A stretch of 64,000 nt of DNA, from assembly GCF_001194135.2 (NCBI RefSeq), contig NC_068993.1:2534458-2598457 (forward strand). The letters are read 5' to 3'. Below the pieces are notes generated by a model. It saw only the letters and a list, made by a program, of their open reading frames with translations, did not search any database and was not told where the DNA came from. Positions 13,224 through 26,779 of this stretch are shown here, one piece after another. This DNA is from Octopus bimaculoides (taxonomy: Eukaryota). The translations under genes and the position numbers were made by a program. Each line of letters starts with the position of its first letter. The first letter of the stretch is position 1.

Positions 13224-13964
13224 NNNNNNNNNNNNNNNNNNNNNNNNNNNNNNNNNNNNNNNNNNNNNNNNNNNNNNNNNNNNNNNNNNNNNNNNNNNNN
13301 NNNNNNNNNNNNNNNNNNNNNNNNNNNNNNNNNNNNNNNNNNNNNNNNNNNNNNNNNNNNNNNNNNNNNNNNNNNNNNNNNNNNNNNNNNNNNNNNNNNN
13401 NNNNNNNNNNNNNNNNNNNNNNNNNNNNNNNNNNNNNNNNNNNNNNNNNNNNNNNNNNNNNNNNNNNNNNNNNNNNNNNNNNNNNNNNNNNNNNNNNNNN
13501 NNNNNNNNNNNNNNNNNNNNNNNNNNNNNNNNNNNNNNNNNNNNNNNNNNNNTATATAAGAGCACGTGGTGGGGTTTAATGTCAGCATGTATGTACATGT
13601 GTATATTTCCACATGAACACGTATGCCTTCATTTCATTGTGTTGACACTTTAGTCAGGAACATGTCTCCAGGAAAATATCATCCTCAACTAACGAACGGA
13701 AGAGAACGACTGGAGATGTAGTTATCATAGATATTACTTCTAGATTATCTCCCCCTCCCTCGTTCACATGTCCAGAGACACGCATAAACACGTACCATGC
13801 ACCACACAAACACACAAACACACACACACAGACAATTTCAATGTGACTTTAAAATTTATTAATATTTCTCTCTTTCACCACAATTGAATAGTTTTGTGCA
13901 GCGAATGTTTGTGGTTTTTTTAACCTTCACAAAGCACTTCTATTAATATATCCGTGTGTCAGGA

Positions 13965-14146
13965 TTGTGGACATGCTGGGCATATTGTTTAGAGGCATAT
14001 CATCATCTTCATGCTATGGGTTCAAATTCCGGCAAGGGTGATTTTGCTTTTCATCCTTTCGATGTCGATAAAATAAGTACCACTTGAGCACTGGTATCGA
14101 TGTAATTGATTTATCACCTATCCTGAACACAAACACAGACACCCAA

Positions 14147-14201
<55 letters not shown>

Positions 14202-14275
14202 CATAATGCTGGCCAACCAATGCCAGCATGGAAAACGGATGTCACATGATGCTAATGCTGATGATGGTGATGATA
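13965..14275 (+). mobile_element. Degraded SINE family B (13965-14115), (CA)n tract and RTE-type 3' tail fragment (14205-14275)
   Basis: gggttcaaattccggcaagggtgattttgcttttcatcctttcgatgtcgataaaataagtaccac; downstream atgccagcatggaaaacggatgtcacatgatg matches the tail at 16490-16560. Confidence 0.7.
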
Positions 14276-16003
14276 CTTATCTATGCCTCTTGCATACTGC
14301 ATACACACATGCATGCATACTGCATGCACACATACATAGACAAGTACATATGTACGTGTGTGTATGAGTGCATGCTATGTTTAATTTTATGCACACATAT
14401 CTAAATAAATATATAATTAATTTGAGTAAAAATATTTTTTCTTCAAATTCAAACTTTTGTCTAAATAAATCCAATACAGACAAATTCGTATGAAATCTTT
14501 CAAAATAAATATAAATGAAATACAATAATATATAAAATACATACATATATANNNNNNNNNNNNNNNNNNNNNNNNNNNNNNNNNNNNNNNNNNNNNNNNN
14601 NNNNNNNNNNNNNNNNNNNNNNNNNNNNNNNNNNNNNNNNNNNNNNNNNNNNNNNNNNNNNNNNNNNNNNNNNNNNNNNNNNNNNNNNNNNNNNNNNNNN
14701 NNNNNNNNNNNNNNNNNNNNNNNNNNNNNNNNNNNNNNNNNNNNNNNNNNNNNNNNNNNNNNNNNNNNNNNNNNNNNNNNNNNNNNNNNNNNNNNNNNNN
14801 NNNNNNNNNNNNNNNNNNNNNNNNNNNNNNNNNNNNNNNNNNNNNNNNNNNNNNNNNNNNNNNNNNNNNNNNNNNNNNNNNNNNNNNNNNNNNNNNNNNN
14901 NNNNNNNNNNNNNNNNNNNNNNNNNNNNNNNNNNNNNNNNNNNNNNNNNNNNNNNNNNNNNNNNNNNNNNNNNNNNNNNNNNNNNNNNNNNNNNNNNNNN
15001 NNNNNNNNNNNNNNNNNNNNNNNNNNNNNNNNNNNNNNNNNNNNNNNNNNNNNNNNNNNNNNNNNNNNNNNNNNNNNNNNNNNNNNNNNNNNNNNNNNNN
15101 NNNNNNNNNNNNNNNNNNNNNNNNNNNNNNNNNNNNNNNNNNNNNNNNNNNNNNNNNNNNNNNNNNNNNNNNNNNNNNNNNNNNNNTGGAATCAAATTCT
15201 AATTGAAATTCTGGTTTAAAATTTAAGAAGAAAAGGTAAGACTTTGAATTTGAGAGAAATCTGTTAGAAACAGTTTGAAATGAAAATAAAAATAAATGAC
15301 AATAATAAAATAAATACAATTCATATGTTGAGTATATGTGTAATAAACTAATATAAACAATAATGGAATATAATTATTAGATGAAATATATTGTTGCTCT
15401 CGCAAATAATAGTTTGTTCTTCGAAGCAAGAACAAAAAGCACATTTGTCGGAATTATTAAGTAAAAGACAATAAGAGTAACAGATTAAGACTACATTTAA
15501 ATGTATTTCATGAATTCTGCTTTGCAAAGAGAGCAAAGCAAACCAATATAAATACACAACACTGAGAAGATTTTCAGAAATTGTTTTGGCACTGTTGCAG
15601 TAAGAATTAGATATAAAGAAAAACAATGAACAAGACAATTTTGATCTTTATACAATATGTTTATTATACTGATAAATACAATTTGAAAATGGGATTTAAA
15701 TATGATAAATACATAGCAAAAAGCAATAAAAAAAGACATGCTGTAAAAGACAATATAAACAACTTTGAAGGAAATTGTGTATTTTAATTTTATTTATTTG
15801 TTTATTCAGTTATTTATTAGTTTGTATCAAATACATGGGCTGTTTACGAAGTTAATTAATTAGTTATCTGCTTTCCACATTTTATTTTTCTTTTCTCTTT
15901 AGACTGACCACAAATAATGTTTTTTCTGTCACTCAAGGAAATTATGTTACTTAAATTGTGATTCTTCTTCTTGTCAAATACCATGGGCATGGAGAAGCTT
16001 CCC

Positions 16004-16052
<49 letters not shown>

Positions 16053-16339
16053 ACCCCACAACACCCACCCACCACAGCTCTTTGTCCTCCCATTGAATTC
16101 TGCAAGGTCTTTCCCACTGCAAGTGTTGGATGGAAGACAAAGCAATTAATGTTCCATACAGTGGGTTGCTTTTCCACATTTGGCACCAGCTGAGCCAGTT
16201 CTACAACCAAAGCTGGGGGAAAAAACATTACAATAAATTCGATTTTACTCCCCCTTTAAAAACCACCCTCTTTTCTGAAACAACCCCACCCAGCTGAGTG
16301 GGTTTTACTGTTTGTTTCATGAGTGAGGTACTTAGGGAC

Positions 16340-16600
16340 CTCACTCATGTTGGTACCATGAAAAAGCATGCAGTGCACTCTTCAAAGTAGTTGGTGTTAG
16401 GAAGGGCACCTGCCATAGAAACCATGCCAAAGCAGACACTGGATCCTGGTACAATCCTTTGTCTTGTCAGATCCTGTCAAACTTTCCATGCTATGCCAGC
16501 ATGGAAGACAGAATTCAAATATGACAGATGGCAATGATGATGATGATGATGATATGATGACAATGATGGTGCTGATGAGGATGACAATGATGATGATCTT
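16340..16600 (+). mobile_element. 3' end of an RTE-associated retroposon with (GAT)n tail
   Basis: gttggtgttaggaagggcacc..tagaaaccatgccaaa...gatcctgtcaaac..atgccagcatggaa then (GAT)n. Related copies at 33920-34030 and 36400-36622. Confidence 0.7.
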
Positions 16601-17019
16601 CCTTAGTTTTCAAAAAATTAAAATGAGGTTTTCTGTTTTTATATAAGACCTCAGTGGTGAGAGAGTAACTCTGATGATATCCACATGAGATGCTACAGAA
16701 GTGAGACTGATGCAGTTGACTACCATTTGTTTCATATATTGTTAGATCAAGGGTATGTGAATGAGAAATGTGGATGAGGAAAGAATTCTTAATCGTTGCA
16801 GTTCTGAGTAAAGTCTGCTCATTTTCAAAAAAAAAAAAAAAACATGCTTCACCAGTCACATTTCCTTTCTCAGTCTTTGTCTTTATCACAGCCTCATCCC
16901 CAAAGGTTTCTGCCTCCATTTACAGTGGTGGGGCATCGTTCAAAAGCTAAAACTTTGCAAAACATATTGTAACCAGCAATACTTATCAGCCATCCAATAG
17001 TCTGGTCAATCATATGATA

Positions 17020-17092
<73 letters not shown>

Positions 17093-18054
17093 TATATAAG
17101 ACCATTATTTAAAATAATGATCATATCAAGTGGCCAGTATAGAAAAAAAATGTATAGGTAATAATTACTATATATATATAATTATATAAATATAATTATA
17201 ATTAAGGGTACTGGGGAGGTACTACCATGCTAGCTAGATATAGCAGTCAAAACTGACTCTAAAACTACATCATGTATTCATATAACATAAATGGAACGAT
17301 AACTGAACAAGGAATTATATATATGCCTGCATTAAGATTTACGTGGTTGGTGAGCTGTGGAAACTAGTGTAATTTGGAGTGGGAATTGATAAGGAAAATG
17401 AGAAATTAATTAGGATCTGACAAATAATTTGATAATTCACTATCCTGAGACTGAACTCCTCTGGTATGTGAAGAGAATTAGAGATGGTTTAGAAACATTT
17501 TGACTCCGTTGTATGTTTCCATAATAACTTTGATTTCAGTTTTCAGAGAACTTATAAAATTATGACTTTGGGAATATTTAACAATCTTTTCTGAAGACTT
17601 TGTATTCAAATTGATTTTTAATTTTATATTTCAACCTCACTTGTTATGAAGTCTTATGATGACAAGCAAACTTTTCTCAACTTTCATTTTCCTAGAAAAC
17701 GTTTATATTTTGTTGCTTCATTGTTTTGTATTCAGTTGAAATAGTTTGCATAAAATGAAAACAAAATTATATAAATATAAAGCATTTGGAGTGATTTTAT
17801 AAATATTTTACAAATATTTAGATTTCTGCAAATTATTTTACACACATATAAATTTATCAATTTGTCAACACAGAACGTTTGATAACGTAAAAAATGAAAA
17901 CCAATAAAATAGATTTAATGAATAATTAAATAGGTCATAGATCATTTTGGTTAAAGTTGTCAAAGTAAGGAATCTGGCTGAAAGGAACCGTGTGCTTTTT
18001 TTTAAAGAAAAACATAATGTATAAAATGAAAAAAAATCTACTATGCACATCTTG

Positions 18055-18565
18055 GCACTTTAGATCATGTCATAAAAATTGAGATCACATCATAACAATT
18101 TAAACTACATCATAACAATTTAGTCTTCAATAATAACAATTTAGAACTGATCATAGCAATTTAGATTTGATCATAAAAATTTAGATCTCATCATAGCATT
18201 CTATACAACATCATAAGAATTTAAATCAATCATAACAATGTAGATCTCATTATAATAATTTAGATTTCATGGTAAATTAGACACCATACTAACAGCAGAG
18301 TAAGCATCATAACAATTAAGACATAATAATAATTGAGAATTCCATAATAATTATTTAGACATCATAAAAATTTTAAGTGCATTTTAGACATCAATAATAG
18401 AAATTTAGGACTGATCATAAAAACTGAGGTCTAAAAATTTAACTTACAACTTGTCGCAATATTTGAGACATTATAACAATTTAGAGCAAATCTTAACAAT
18501 TTAGAGAGCATAATAAAAATTTGGATCTAATCATATTTGGCAACATCAAAACAATTTAGATCTTT
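18055..18565. repeat. Degenerate minisatellite, ~20-bp unit, consensus ATCATAACAATTTAGATCTC
   Basis: Many imperfect repeats of atcataacaatttag. Confidence 0.85.
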
Positions 18566-18684
18566 TATTTTTCATCACCTCCAAGCATTCCTTGAACTGC
18601 AATGAAACCTTATATGTATAAAAAGGCAGAGAAAATACAGCAGATGTTGCATAGAACCAGATCAAACCAGATCAAACAGACCTA

Positions 18685-19115
18685 ATTATTAATATTCCAG
18701 TTATGACCATTCAGTTCTTTTCTCTTCAGAAATAATAACCTAAGGCTACATTATCCAATATGCTCCATATATTCTTTTTTATAAGTAGGTTGAACATTGA
18801 TTAAGATTGAGCTGTCGTTTCTAGCTGGTTGTCTTATGATATAGAGGCTCCCCTTCATTGAGATAAGGTAGTTTTTGTTTTTGTTGTTGTTTAGCTCCCT
18901 GTCAAATCTATTTCAGTAGATACAGACCTACGAACAAGGGCTCACGATCAAACCTTCAACAACTATGAACAAAAGCACTCAAACTGTAATCATGGAGGCT
19001 TGTGAACAAGGCCACTCCAGCTGTGACCATCCAGACCATTTTCTTGTAAAATTCCACAAACCTTTTCTTAGCACCTCTGAGTGAGGTTTGGCTATTATTT
19101 CTAGCAGAGCCCCCT
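18685..19115. mobile_element. Two degraded copies of an interspersed repeat (ttccagttatgaccatt / ctccagctgtgaccatcc ... ttggctattatttctagc)
   Basis: Similar text at 44840-44945 and, reversed, near 52590-52640. Confidence 0.5.
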
Positions 19116-19429
19116 TCCACAGTTGTTAAACTCTACTGTTTGATAGGTAGATATATAAACATGTGAGCACTCAGACAAACAGACAGACAGACAAGCAAGC
19201 ACTCCTATGTTTTCATCTTCTGTACAATTTAACTTATATTTCTGAATACATATTGAATTTGGTGAAAATCTAATGGAACATGGGTATTTTAATTGATTGA
19301 AAAACTGCAGCTTGTTTTATTCTGGGAATTTACACTCCAGCTAATTTGATTTCCATTTTTAACAGCTCGCGCCAAATTTTGTTGTTATCTACTTCGAATA
19401 ACTAATGCATCAACATCAACATTCCCCAT

Positions 19430-19637
19430 GGAAATTTTCAAATAATAATTATCATCATCATCATCATCATCATCACTATCGCCGCCATCATTATCAACAT
19501 CATCATCATTATCATTGTCGAGGTCATCATCATCATCATTATCATCTTCATCATCATCATCGATGTCGTTGTTGTTATCATCATCATCATCATCACCAGT
19601 AACAGCAGTAATGTTGTCATTATCATCGTCATCATCG

Positions 19638-19676
<39 letters not shown>

Positions 19677-19735
19677 CTGTCATCTGTATTACCAGTAATA
19701 TCATTTTCAGTGTTAATATTATTCTCATTATTAGT
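19430..19735. repeat. Compound (CAT)n trinucleotide tract
   Basis: Directly visible; source of poly-H/M/S pseudo-ORFs. Confidence 0.95.
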
Positions 19736-19751
19736 TTCTCTGGTTTTATAT

Positions 19752-19896
19752 TGTGTTCAAATCTCACTGAGGTTGACTGTACCCTTCATCCTTTTTGAGG
19801 TCAACAAAATAAGTACCAGTTGAATACTGGTGGTTCATGACATCAAATCGACTCTATTCTCCAAATTTCAGGCTTTGTGCCTATGGTAGAAAGAAT

Positions 19897-19967
<71 letters not shown>

Positions 19968-20365
19968 TAATAATTATTATTATTATTATTAAGGCTGCAA
20001 GCTGGGAGAATCATTAGCACAATGGGCGAAATGATTAGCAGTATTTCATCTGTCTTTACATTCTGGGTTCAAATTCCGCAGAGGTCGACTTTGCCTTTCA
20101 TCCTTTAAGAGTCGATAAATTAAGTACCAGTTGCATACTGGTTTGAGCTAATCGACTGGATCCCCTACCCCAAAATTTCAGGCCTTGTGCCTAGAGTAGA
20201 AAGGATTAGACAGAATCACTAGAGATCCAGGAAAAACGTTTTGTGCAATTTATTACATCTCTTTATGTTGTGAGTTCAAATCCAAGTAAGGTCAGCTGAA
20301 CTTTTCATCAATGAAATAAAATACCAGTTAAATACTTGGGTGAATGGCATCAATTAACCTCACTG
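19752..20365 (+). mobile_element. Three same-orientation SINE family B copies (19752-19897 partial, 19991-20207 full, 20208-20365 partial) with a (TAC)n(ATT)n tract between the first two
   Basis: Full copy: aaggctgcaagctgggagaatcattagcac...ctgggttcaaattccgcagaggtcgactttgcctttcatcc...taagtaccagttg...caaaatttcaggccttgtgcctagagtagaaag. Confidence 0.88.
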
Positions 20366-20457
20366 ACTAAAAGCTACAATCTCTCTACTTTAATAAAAAA
20401 AAATCATTATTGACAGTATTACTTTTTATCATTATTGCTACTGTTGTTGATATTGTT

Positions 20458-20489
<32 letters not shown>

Positions 20490-20573
20490 TGTCATCACCA
20501 CTATTATTATTTTTATTACATATGATTATTATTAAAATTATTTATATTATTTTATTATCATTATTATTATTAC

Positions 20574-20618
<45 letters not shown>

Positions 20619-20796
20619 CATTATTATTAGCGTTACTACTGTTGCTGTTGTTGTTGTTGTTATGGTAATCAACAGAGACATCGTCTTCTGAGTCAAGGTG
20701 GCTGTTAATATATTTGGTTATTAGCATTGCAATTTTTATAATTACACACATATGACACAGAAACACACTTATACATGCACACAACAGACAGCAACG

Positions 20797-20831
<35 letters not shown>

Positions 20832-21434
20832 ACACACACACACTCACACATGTATTTGGGCATATACACAGACACACTGTTCATTTCTAAGCAACAGAAA
20901 CTGTTTAAATTATCTGAAGAATTATTCAAAGAAACTATAAGCTGAGAAAGAATGACAGAGAAATTAAAGAGCAACCAGGGAAAACCAGTGACAATCTAAT
21001 CAAACATGCATATCTCTCTGTGCATCATTTGCTCTACTGAATCCATTTCACAACAAACAATACCACCAGCTTTATTTATTTATTTATTTACTTATTTATT
21101 CATTTATTTTGTTGTTTACTGTTTTTTATTACTTTCATTGTTTTGCTTCATTTTCTTTAATAATATAATGCTTTTTGGAATGGATGTCAACAGACTTTCA
21201 AGGTTTATGTTTGTATGTATATGTGTAGAAATATGTGTGTGTGTGCGTGTGCGTGTGTGTGTGTATGTGTGTGTGAATATATACATATATATATATATGT
21301 AAAACATGGTACATGTTCTTATTTTTCATTCCCTTTGAAATTGCTCTTAACTGTGGTTTGGACTTTTTGACTGTTCTTTCTAGTATGTAAGGCAACCTGT
21401 TAAGGCTCACCTCTTTGTGTTTAAATGTACACTA

Positions 21435-21491
<57 letters not shown>

Positions 21492-21494
21492 TAT

Positions 21495-21672
21495 AGTGAG
21501 AATTTATGAAAAAAACAAAAGATGAAGACGGATGTGTAAACAACAAACAAATGTATTAGTTTAATGTTTGGGCAATGAGAAAGTCTTTTACGTTTTGAGC
21601 CTACGCTCTTCGACAGAAAGAAACACCGAAATAAGCAGAGAGAGAAAATAAAGAAGGTTTAGTGGTTAGTGA
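21495..21672 (-). mobile_element. Penelope-like terminal-repeat fragment embedded in (TA)n, with hammerhead-like motif at 21581-21621
   Basis: Minus strand reads ctttCTGTCGA-A-GAGC-gtag-GCTC-AAAACGTA-aaag. A related fragment lies at 47690-47765. Assignment to PLE is by motif analogy. Confidence 0.55.
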
Positions 21673-21681
21673 TCTATCATG

Positions 21682-21731
<50 letters not shown>

Positions 21732-22077
21732 TATATACATATATACATATACACACACTACATATATGTGTGTGGATGTATTTGCGTGTGACTAGAAATA
21801 TATTTCAACTAAGACATGTCTGTACGACTAAGAAGTTCACATTGCAACATTATGGTTTCAGGTAGAAAGCCACTGCATGTCTCCTGTGAGGATGTCTTCT
21901 GTTTTTGCTCAGGGGCAACTCTAAATTCTTAGTGAATTTGGTAAATGAAAATTGCATTGAATTGTGGTTAAGAAGCTTGCTTCCAGACAATGTGGTTTTA
22001 GCTCCGCCCCACTCTGCAACACCCCATGTATATATACAATATTGTAATACTTGTTCCAATGCTAACTTATTATCGCC

Positions 22078-22445
22078 TTTTATTCTTTTGCTTGTTTTAA
22101 TCATTTGATTGTGGCCATGCTGGAGCACTGCCTTTAGTTGAACAAATCCACTCCAGGATTTATTCTTTGTGAGCCTAGTACTTGTTCTATCAGTCTCTTT
22201 TGCCGAACCATTAGATTACGGGGATGTAAACACACCAGCATCGGTTGTCAAGTGATGGTGGGGGAAAAACACAGACACACACGCATACGATGAGCTTCTT
22301 TCAGTTTCTGTCTACCAAATCTACTCACAAGGCTTTGGTCAGGATTATGCTATAGTAGAAGACACTTGCCCAAGGTGCCATGCAGTGGGACTGAACCTAA
22401 AACCGTGTGGTTGGGAAGCAAGCTACTTACCACACAGCCACTGTT
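22078..22445 (-). mobile_element. SINE family A, full length, reverse
   Basis: Reverse complement of the family A layout, from the ttattcttttgcttg tail to the gctacttaccacacagccact head, with a short internal (CA) tract. Confidence 0.9.
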
Positions 22446-22651
22446 GCACAACCAATTTAAATTAAAGTAAAGGGTTACACAAAAACTTTTTGTGGAATAC
22501 ACTTTAATTAAACTTTTACAAGAAGAGGAGTGAGAATGACTTCGAAGTTTTGGCATGCTAACTTTTGTTAGAGAATTCAATGAAGACTAGCATGCTGAAA
22601 CTTCAAAGTTACTGTCATGTGTCTTCTTGTAAAAGTTTAGTAGATATATAG

Positions 22652-22980
22652 ACACAGGAGTGGCTGTGTGGTAAGAAGCTTGTTTCCCAACCACATGGTT
22701 CTGGGTTCAGTCCCACTGCATGGCACTTTGGGCAAGTGCCTTTTATTATAGCCTTGGACTAATCAAAACCTTGTGAGCAGATTTGGTAGATGGAAACCAA
22801 AAGAAGCCCTCTTATATGTGTGTTGTTGTGTTTATGTCCCCAGTTTGGCAAGAGCAATCATTAGGGTGAGTACCAGGCTTTAAAAAATATGTACTAGAGT
22901 TGATTCTTTTGACTAAAATTCTTCAAGGCGATACCCCAGCATGGCCATAGTTTCATGATGGAAAAAAAGTAAAAAGGTAC
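22652..22980 (+). mobile_element. SINE family A, full length, CpG-decayed
   Basis: acacaggagtggctgtgtggtaagaagcttgtttcccaaccacatggttctgggttcagtccc ... ccccagcatggccatagtttcatgatggaaaaaaag. Confidence 0.9.
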
Positions 22981-23301
22981 AAAAAGTATTCCATGTATTG
23001 GGAAAGTTTCAGACATTTTTGGCATACTGGAATATCAGAACATCAGCCAGCCAGTATCCTTTATACCTTTCGTTTACTTGGCTCCTTCAAGCCAATATAT
23101 TTTTGAAGCAAAATAAAATAAGGAATGATCAATACAGTTATACTTAAATCATATCTGTCGATTATGTTTCCATAAAAAGCAGTCTTCATCTGGTGGAGTT
23201 TAATGCTGTTGTTGGAATCTTAATATTCACAATGTTTGTTTAACAGAATTTCACCATACTCCAATATTATTTACTTATATATTATTGTTAGTAGAGTGTC
23301 G

Positions 23302-23333
<32 letters not shown>

Positions 23334-24718
23334 GAATCACACTTGCACACACACACACACAATACGCACATCTCCATCTTTCCTGTAGAAATAACACGAC
23401 TGTTTTGTTATTGAACTAGCTGCAACATAAACCAAAGGATATTTTATCAATATTTTTCCTGTATTTATTCCATTAAAACAAATCGTTTTCAATAGCAACC
23501 ATTTATCTTTTACTTGTCTTATAGAAAAGAATCATTCTTTTCTTTTGTTGTTGTTGATATTGTTTCTTATTGTGGTTATTGTTGTTGTTGTGGTTATTCC
23601 TGTTCTTATTGTTCTTTTACACTTTTCTTTGTTATTGCTGATTTGCTTTACTTTACAATATATATATATTTTCTTTTTCATATTTCATTGTTGTTTTGTT
23701 GTATTATTGTTTTCTGTATTTTTTTTTTTTTACATTTTTTTCCTTATTTTCATTTCTCACTAAACTAAATATAAATCTTAACTGAATTTCACATTCTAAA
23801 TGTCATTTTGATTGCCAACAGGAACCCTGAAGAGTTTCAAATATCTTCTACACCCTCCTTCCTTCTTTCACTCCATCACTCTCTTTCTCTCTGTTTCTGT
23901 CTGTCTGCCTCTCTTTCTCAATCTCTCTCAGCTAATTTAATACACACACACACACACACATCTATGTGAAATATATGTATGCATATAATTATATATATGC
24001 ATGCACGCACACGCACACACCCACATGCATATCTGTATATGTGTATGTGTGTATACATGTGTTTAAGTATGTATAATATATGTATGCATAATACATTATG
24101 TTCATATTGTAAATATGTATGTATATGCAGTTATATATACGTATACATACATGCATATAAGTATATATATATATATATATGCATATATATATACATATAC
24201 AGGTATATATATATATATATATATATTTGAATATATATATAAGTATATATATNNNNNNNNNNNNNNNNNNNNNNNNNNNNNNNNNNNNNNNNNNNNNNNN
24301 NNNNNNNNNNNNNNNNNNNNNNNNNNNNNNNNNNNNNNNNNNNNNNNNNNNNNNNNNNNNNNNNNNNNNNNNNNNNNNNNNNNNNNNNNNNNNNNNNNNN
24401 NNNNNNNNNNNNNNNNNNNNNNNNNNNNNNNNNNNNNNNNNNNNNNNNNNNNNNNNNNNNNNNNNNNNNNNNNNNNNNNNNNNNNNNNNNNNNNNNNNNN
24501 NNNNNNNNNNNNNNNNNNNNNNNNNNNNNNNNNNNNNNNNNNNNNNNNNNNNNNNNNNNNNNNNNNNNNNNNNNNNNNNNNNNNNNNNNNNNNNNNNNNN
24601 NNNNNNNNNNNNNNNNNNNNNNNNNNNNNNNNNNNNNNNNNNNNNNNNNNNNNNNNNNNNNNNNNNNNNNNNNNNNNNNNNNNNNNNNNNNNNNNNNNNN
24701 NNNNNNNNNNNNNNNNNN

Positions 24719-24772
<54 letters not shown>

Positions 24773-24814
24773 ACACACGCACTCACACATGTATATGCAT
24801 CTGACTATAACCCT

Positions 24815-24858
<44 letters not shown>

Positions 24859-24957
24859 TTCTCCATCTTTTTCATTTATCTATTTCTTAACGACTGTCTG
24901 ACTTTAGTGTACTAATAAAATAAAAATCTTCGAAATAGATTACTAACTTGACAAAAA

Positions 24958-25057
24958 CACCACCACCACCACCACCACCACCATTGACTAGCATCGCTAG
25001 CGTCACTAACAGCATCACCAGCATCATCGACAAAAAGAAGTAAAACAACAACAGCAG

Positions 25058-25146
<89 letters not shown>

Positions 25147-25155
25147 GCAATAATC
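24958..25155. repeat. Compound (CAC)n/(CAA)n trinucleotide tract
   Basis: Directly visible. Confidence 0.9.
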
Positions 25156-26167
25156 AGAATAACACGCGAATAAAATGGATAATTTGTGTCTCACAAATAT
25201 GTTTTACACTACTCTTTCGACATTGGTATATTAAGTTAAGTTTTCAAAACACATCAAATAAGCATAGAAATTTGGATTTAATCTGTCTGGATTTTTCTGA
25301 AGCCATAGAATTTTTTTTTTCCTTCATAAAGCCAAATGAAATTCAATGAAATTTTAAAATCGAGATATTTCTGTAGTTTCCCAAAGAAAAAATACTAACA
25401 AAATCATATATATATTGTATATATGCCTATGTATTAATNNNNNNNNNNTATATATATATATATACATATATATATACATATATGTGTTGCTTATTTTGAT
25501 TATATATATATATATATATATATGATATATCATATATATATATATATATATATATGATATATGCAGATGATTTAAAGAAAATTAGTGAAAGAAAGAACAT
25601 GAAAGAGAATGAGAGACAAACAGTGAGTGAGAGAAAAGTGTGTATATATAATTGAAAGAAATGAAAAATTGAGAAAAAGAAGTGTATTAAAGAGAAAGTG
25701 CAGAAAGTGCGAGAGAGAATGGCAATTGAATTTCTTGCAAGAATTCTTCGGTTTCTTCATAGTGAACCAAAGAAATTTGAATGAAATGAAGTATATTAAA
25801 CAATATTAACTAATAATGGGATAATAAGTCTGAAAATATACGCAGCTGCTTATCAACTTGCGGACATATGGAACAAAGTCTATAGGAATTCTTTATTTTT
25901 TTTTAAAAATAAGGAACAGCATTTATCAATTTATTTTATATTGTTTTTGTAGGCATTAATTCATACGGTAGCATGTCTTGTTATAAGGAAAAAACAGACG
26001 AAATGCAGTGTACTCATAAATAGCTGCACCTGGAGGAGTATTTACATATTCACTCTCCATAGAATACGGTTACTCCTGTGGGATTCATGTGAAGAAGTGA
26101 ACAACCAAGAGGCTAGTGACCAATATGTGCCAAGCTCTCTTTCTTCTAATATTCATCAAACAATTTA

Positions 26168-26255
26168 CTAATTGGCTGTGTTGTTAGAAGCCTTGTTTCC
26201 CAACCACATGGTTCTGGATTCAAGTGCTATTGCATTGTAACTTGGGCAAGGTTCT
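26168..26255 (+). mobile_element. SINE family A head fragment
   Basis: ttggctgtgttgttagaagccttgtttcccaaccacatggttctggattcaagt...cttgggcaagg. Confidence 0.7.
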
Positions 26256-26269
26256 TGCACAATAGTGTC

Positions 26270-26500
26270 GAGCTGGTCATTTTCTTCTAGTGCTGGTGTC
26301 AATGAATGGTTGAATGACCAAATCCAGGCTTCTCTGCTAGTTCCCAAACACTTACAATGTGATTTTGTTCCACCAGGGTTTGTAGGGTGTCCTCATCCAG
26401 CTCTATAGATCTTCCAGGATGAGGCTCATCTTCCAGGCTGTAGTTTCTGGCTTGAAATTTCTGGAACCACCTTTGACACTGGCTTACGCTTATTGTCCGA
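26270..26500 (-). pseudogene. Mariner (Tc1/mariner) transposase fragment, second HTH region
   Basis: Translation ...QCQRWFQKFQARNYSLEDEPHPGRSIELDEDTLQTLVEQNHIVSVWELAEKPGFGHSTIH* follows the mariner pattern WF.KF..G..SLEDE.R.GRP.E.D...L..LVE.....T..ELAE.LG..HSTV. It ends in a stop and is flanked by SINE fragments. Confidence 0.9.
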
Positions 26501-26536
26501 AGACACACACACACGCATAGATATATACATACTTAC

Positions 26537-26594
<58 letters not shown>

Positions 26595-26600
<6 letters not shown>

Positions 26601-26700
26601 TGTGGGCTTCTTTCAGTTTCCACCTACCAAGTGTACTCATAAGGCTTTGGTTGCCTCAAGGCTATAGTAGAAAACACTTGCTCAAGGTATCATATATTGG
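26595..26700 (-). mobile_element. SINE family A body fragment, reverse
   Basis: gggcttctttcagtttccacctaccaag...aaggctttggttg..ggctatagtagaaaacacttgctcaagg. Confidence 0.75.
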
Positions 26701-26779
26701 GAGGGGGGTATAAACTATTGCTTGAAAATCTCTTTGGTTTGAACTATTTCAACAGTGTCAGAAGGTAATATGAGTAATA

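Noticed and set aside
18055-18565. CRISPR-like regular repeats
   Set aside because: Units are adjacent and degenerate with no unique spacers; eukaryotic context with no cas genes.
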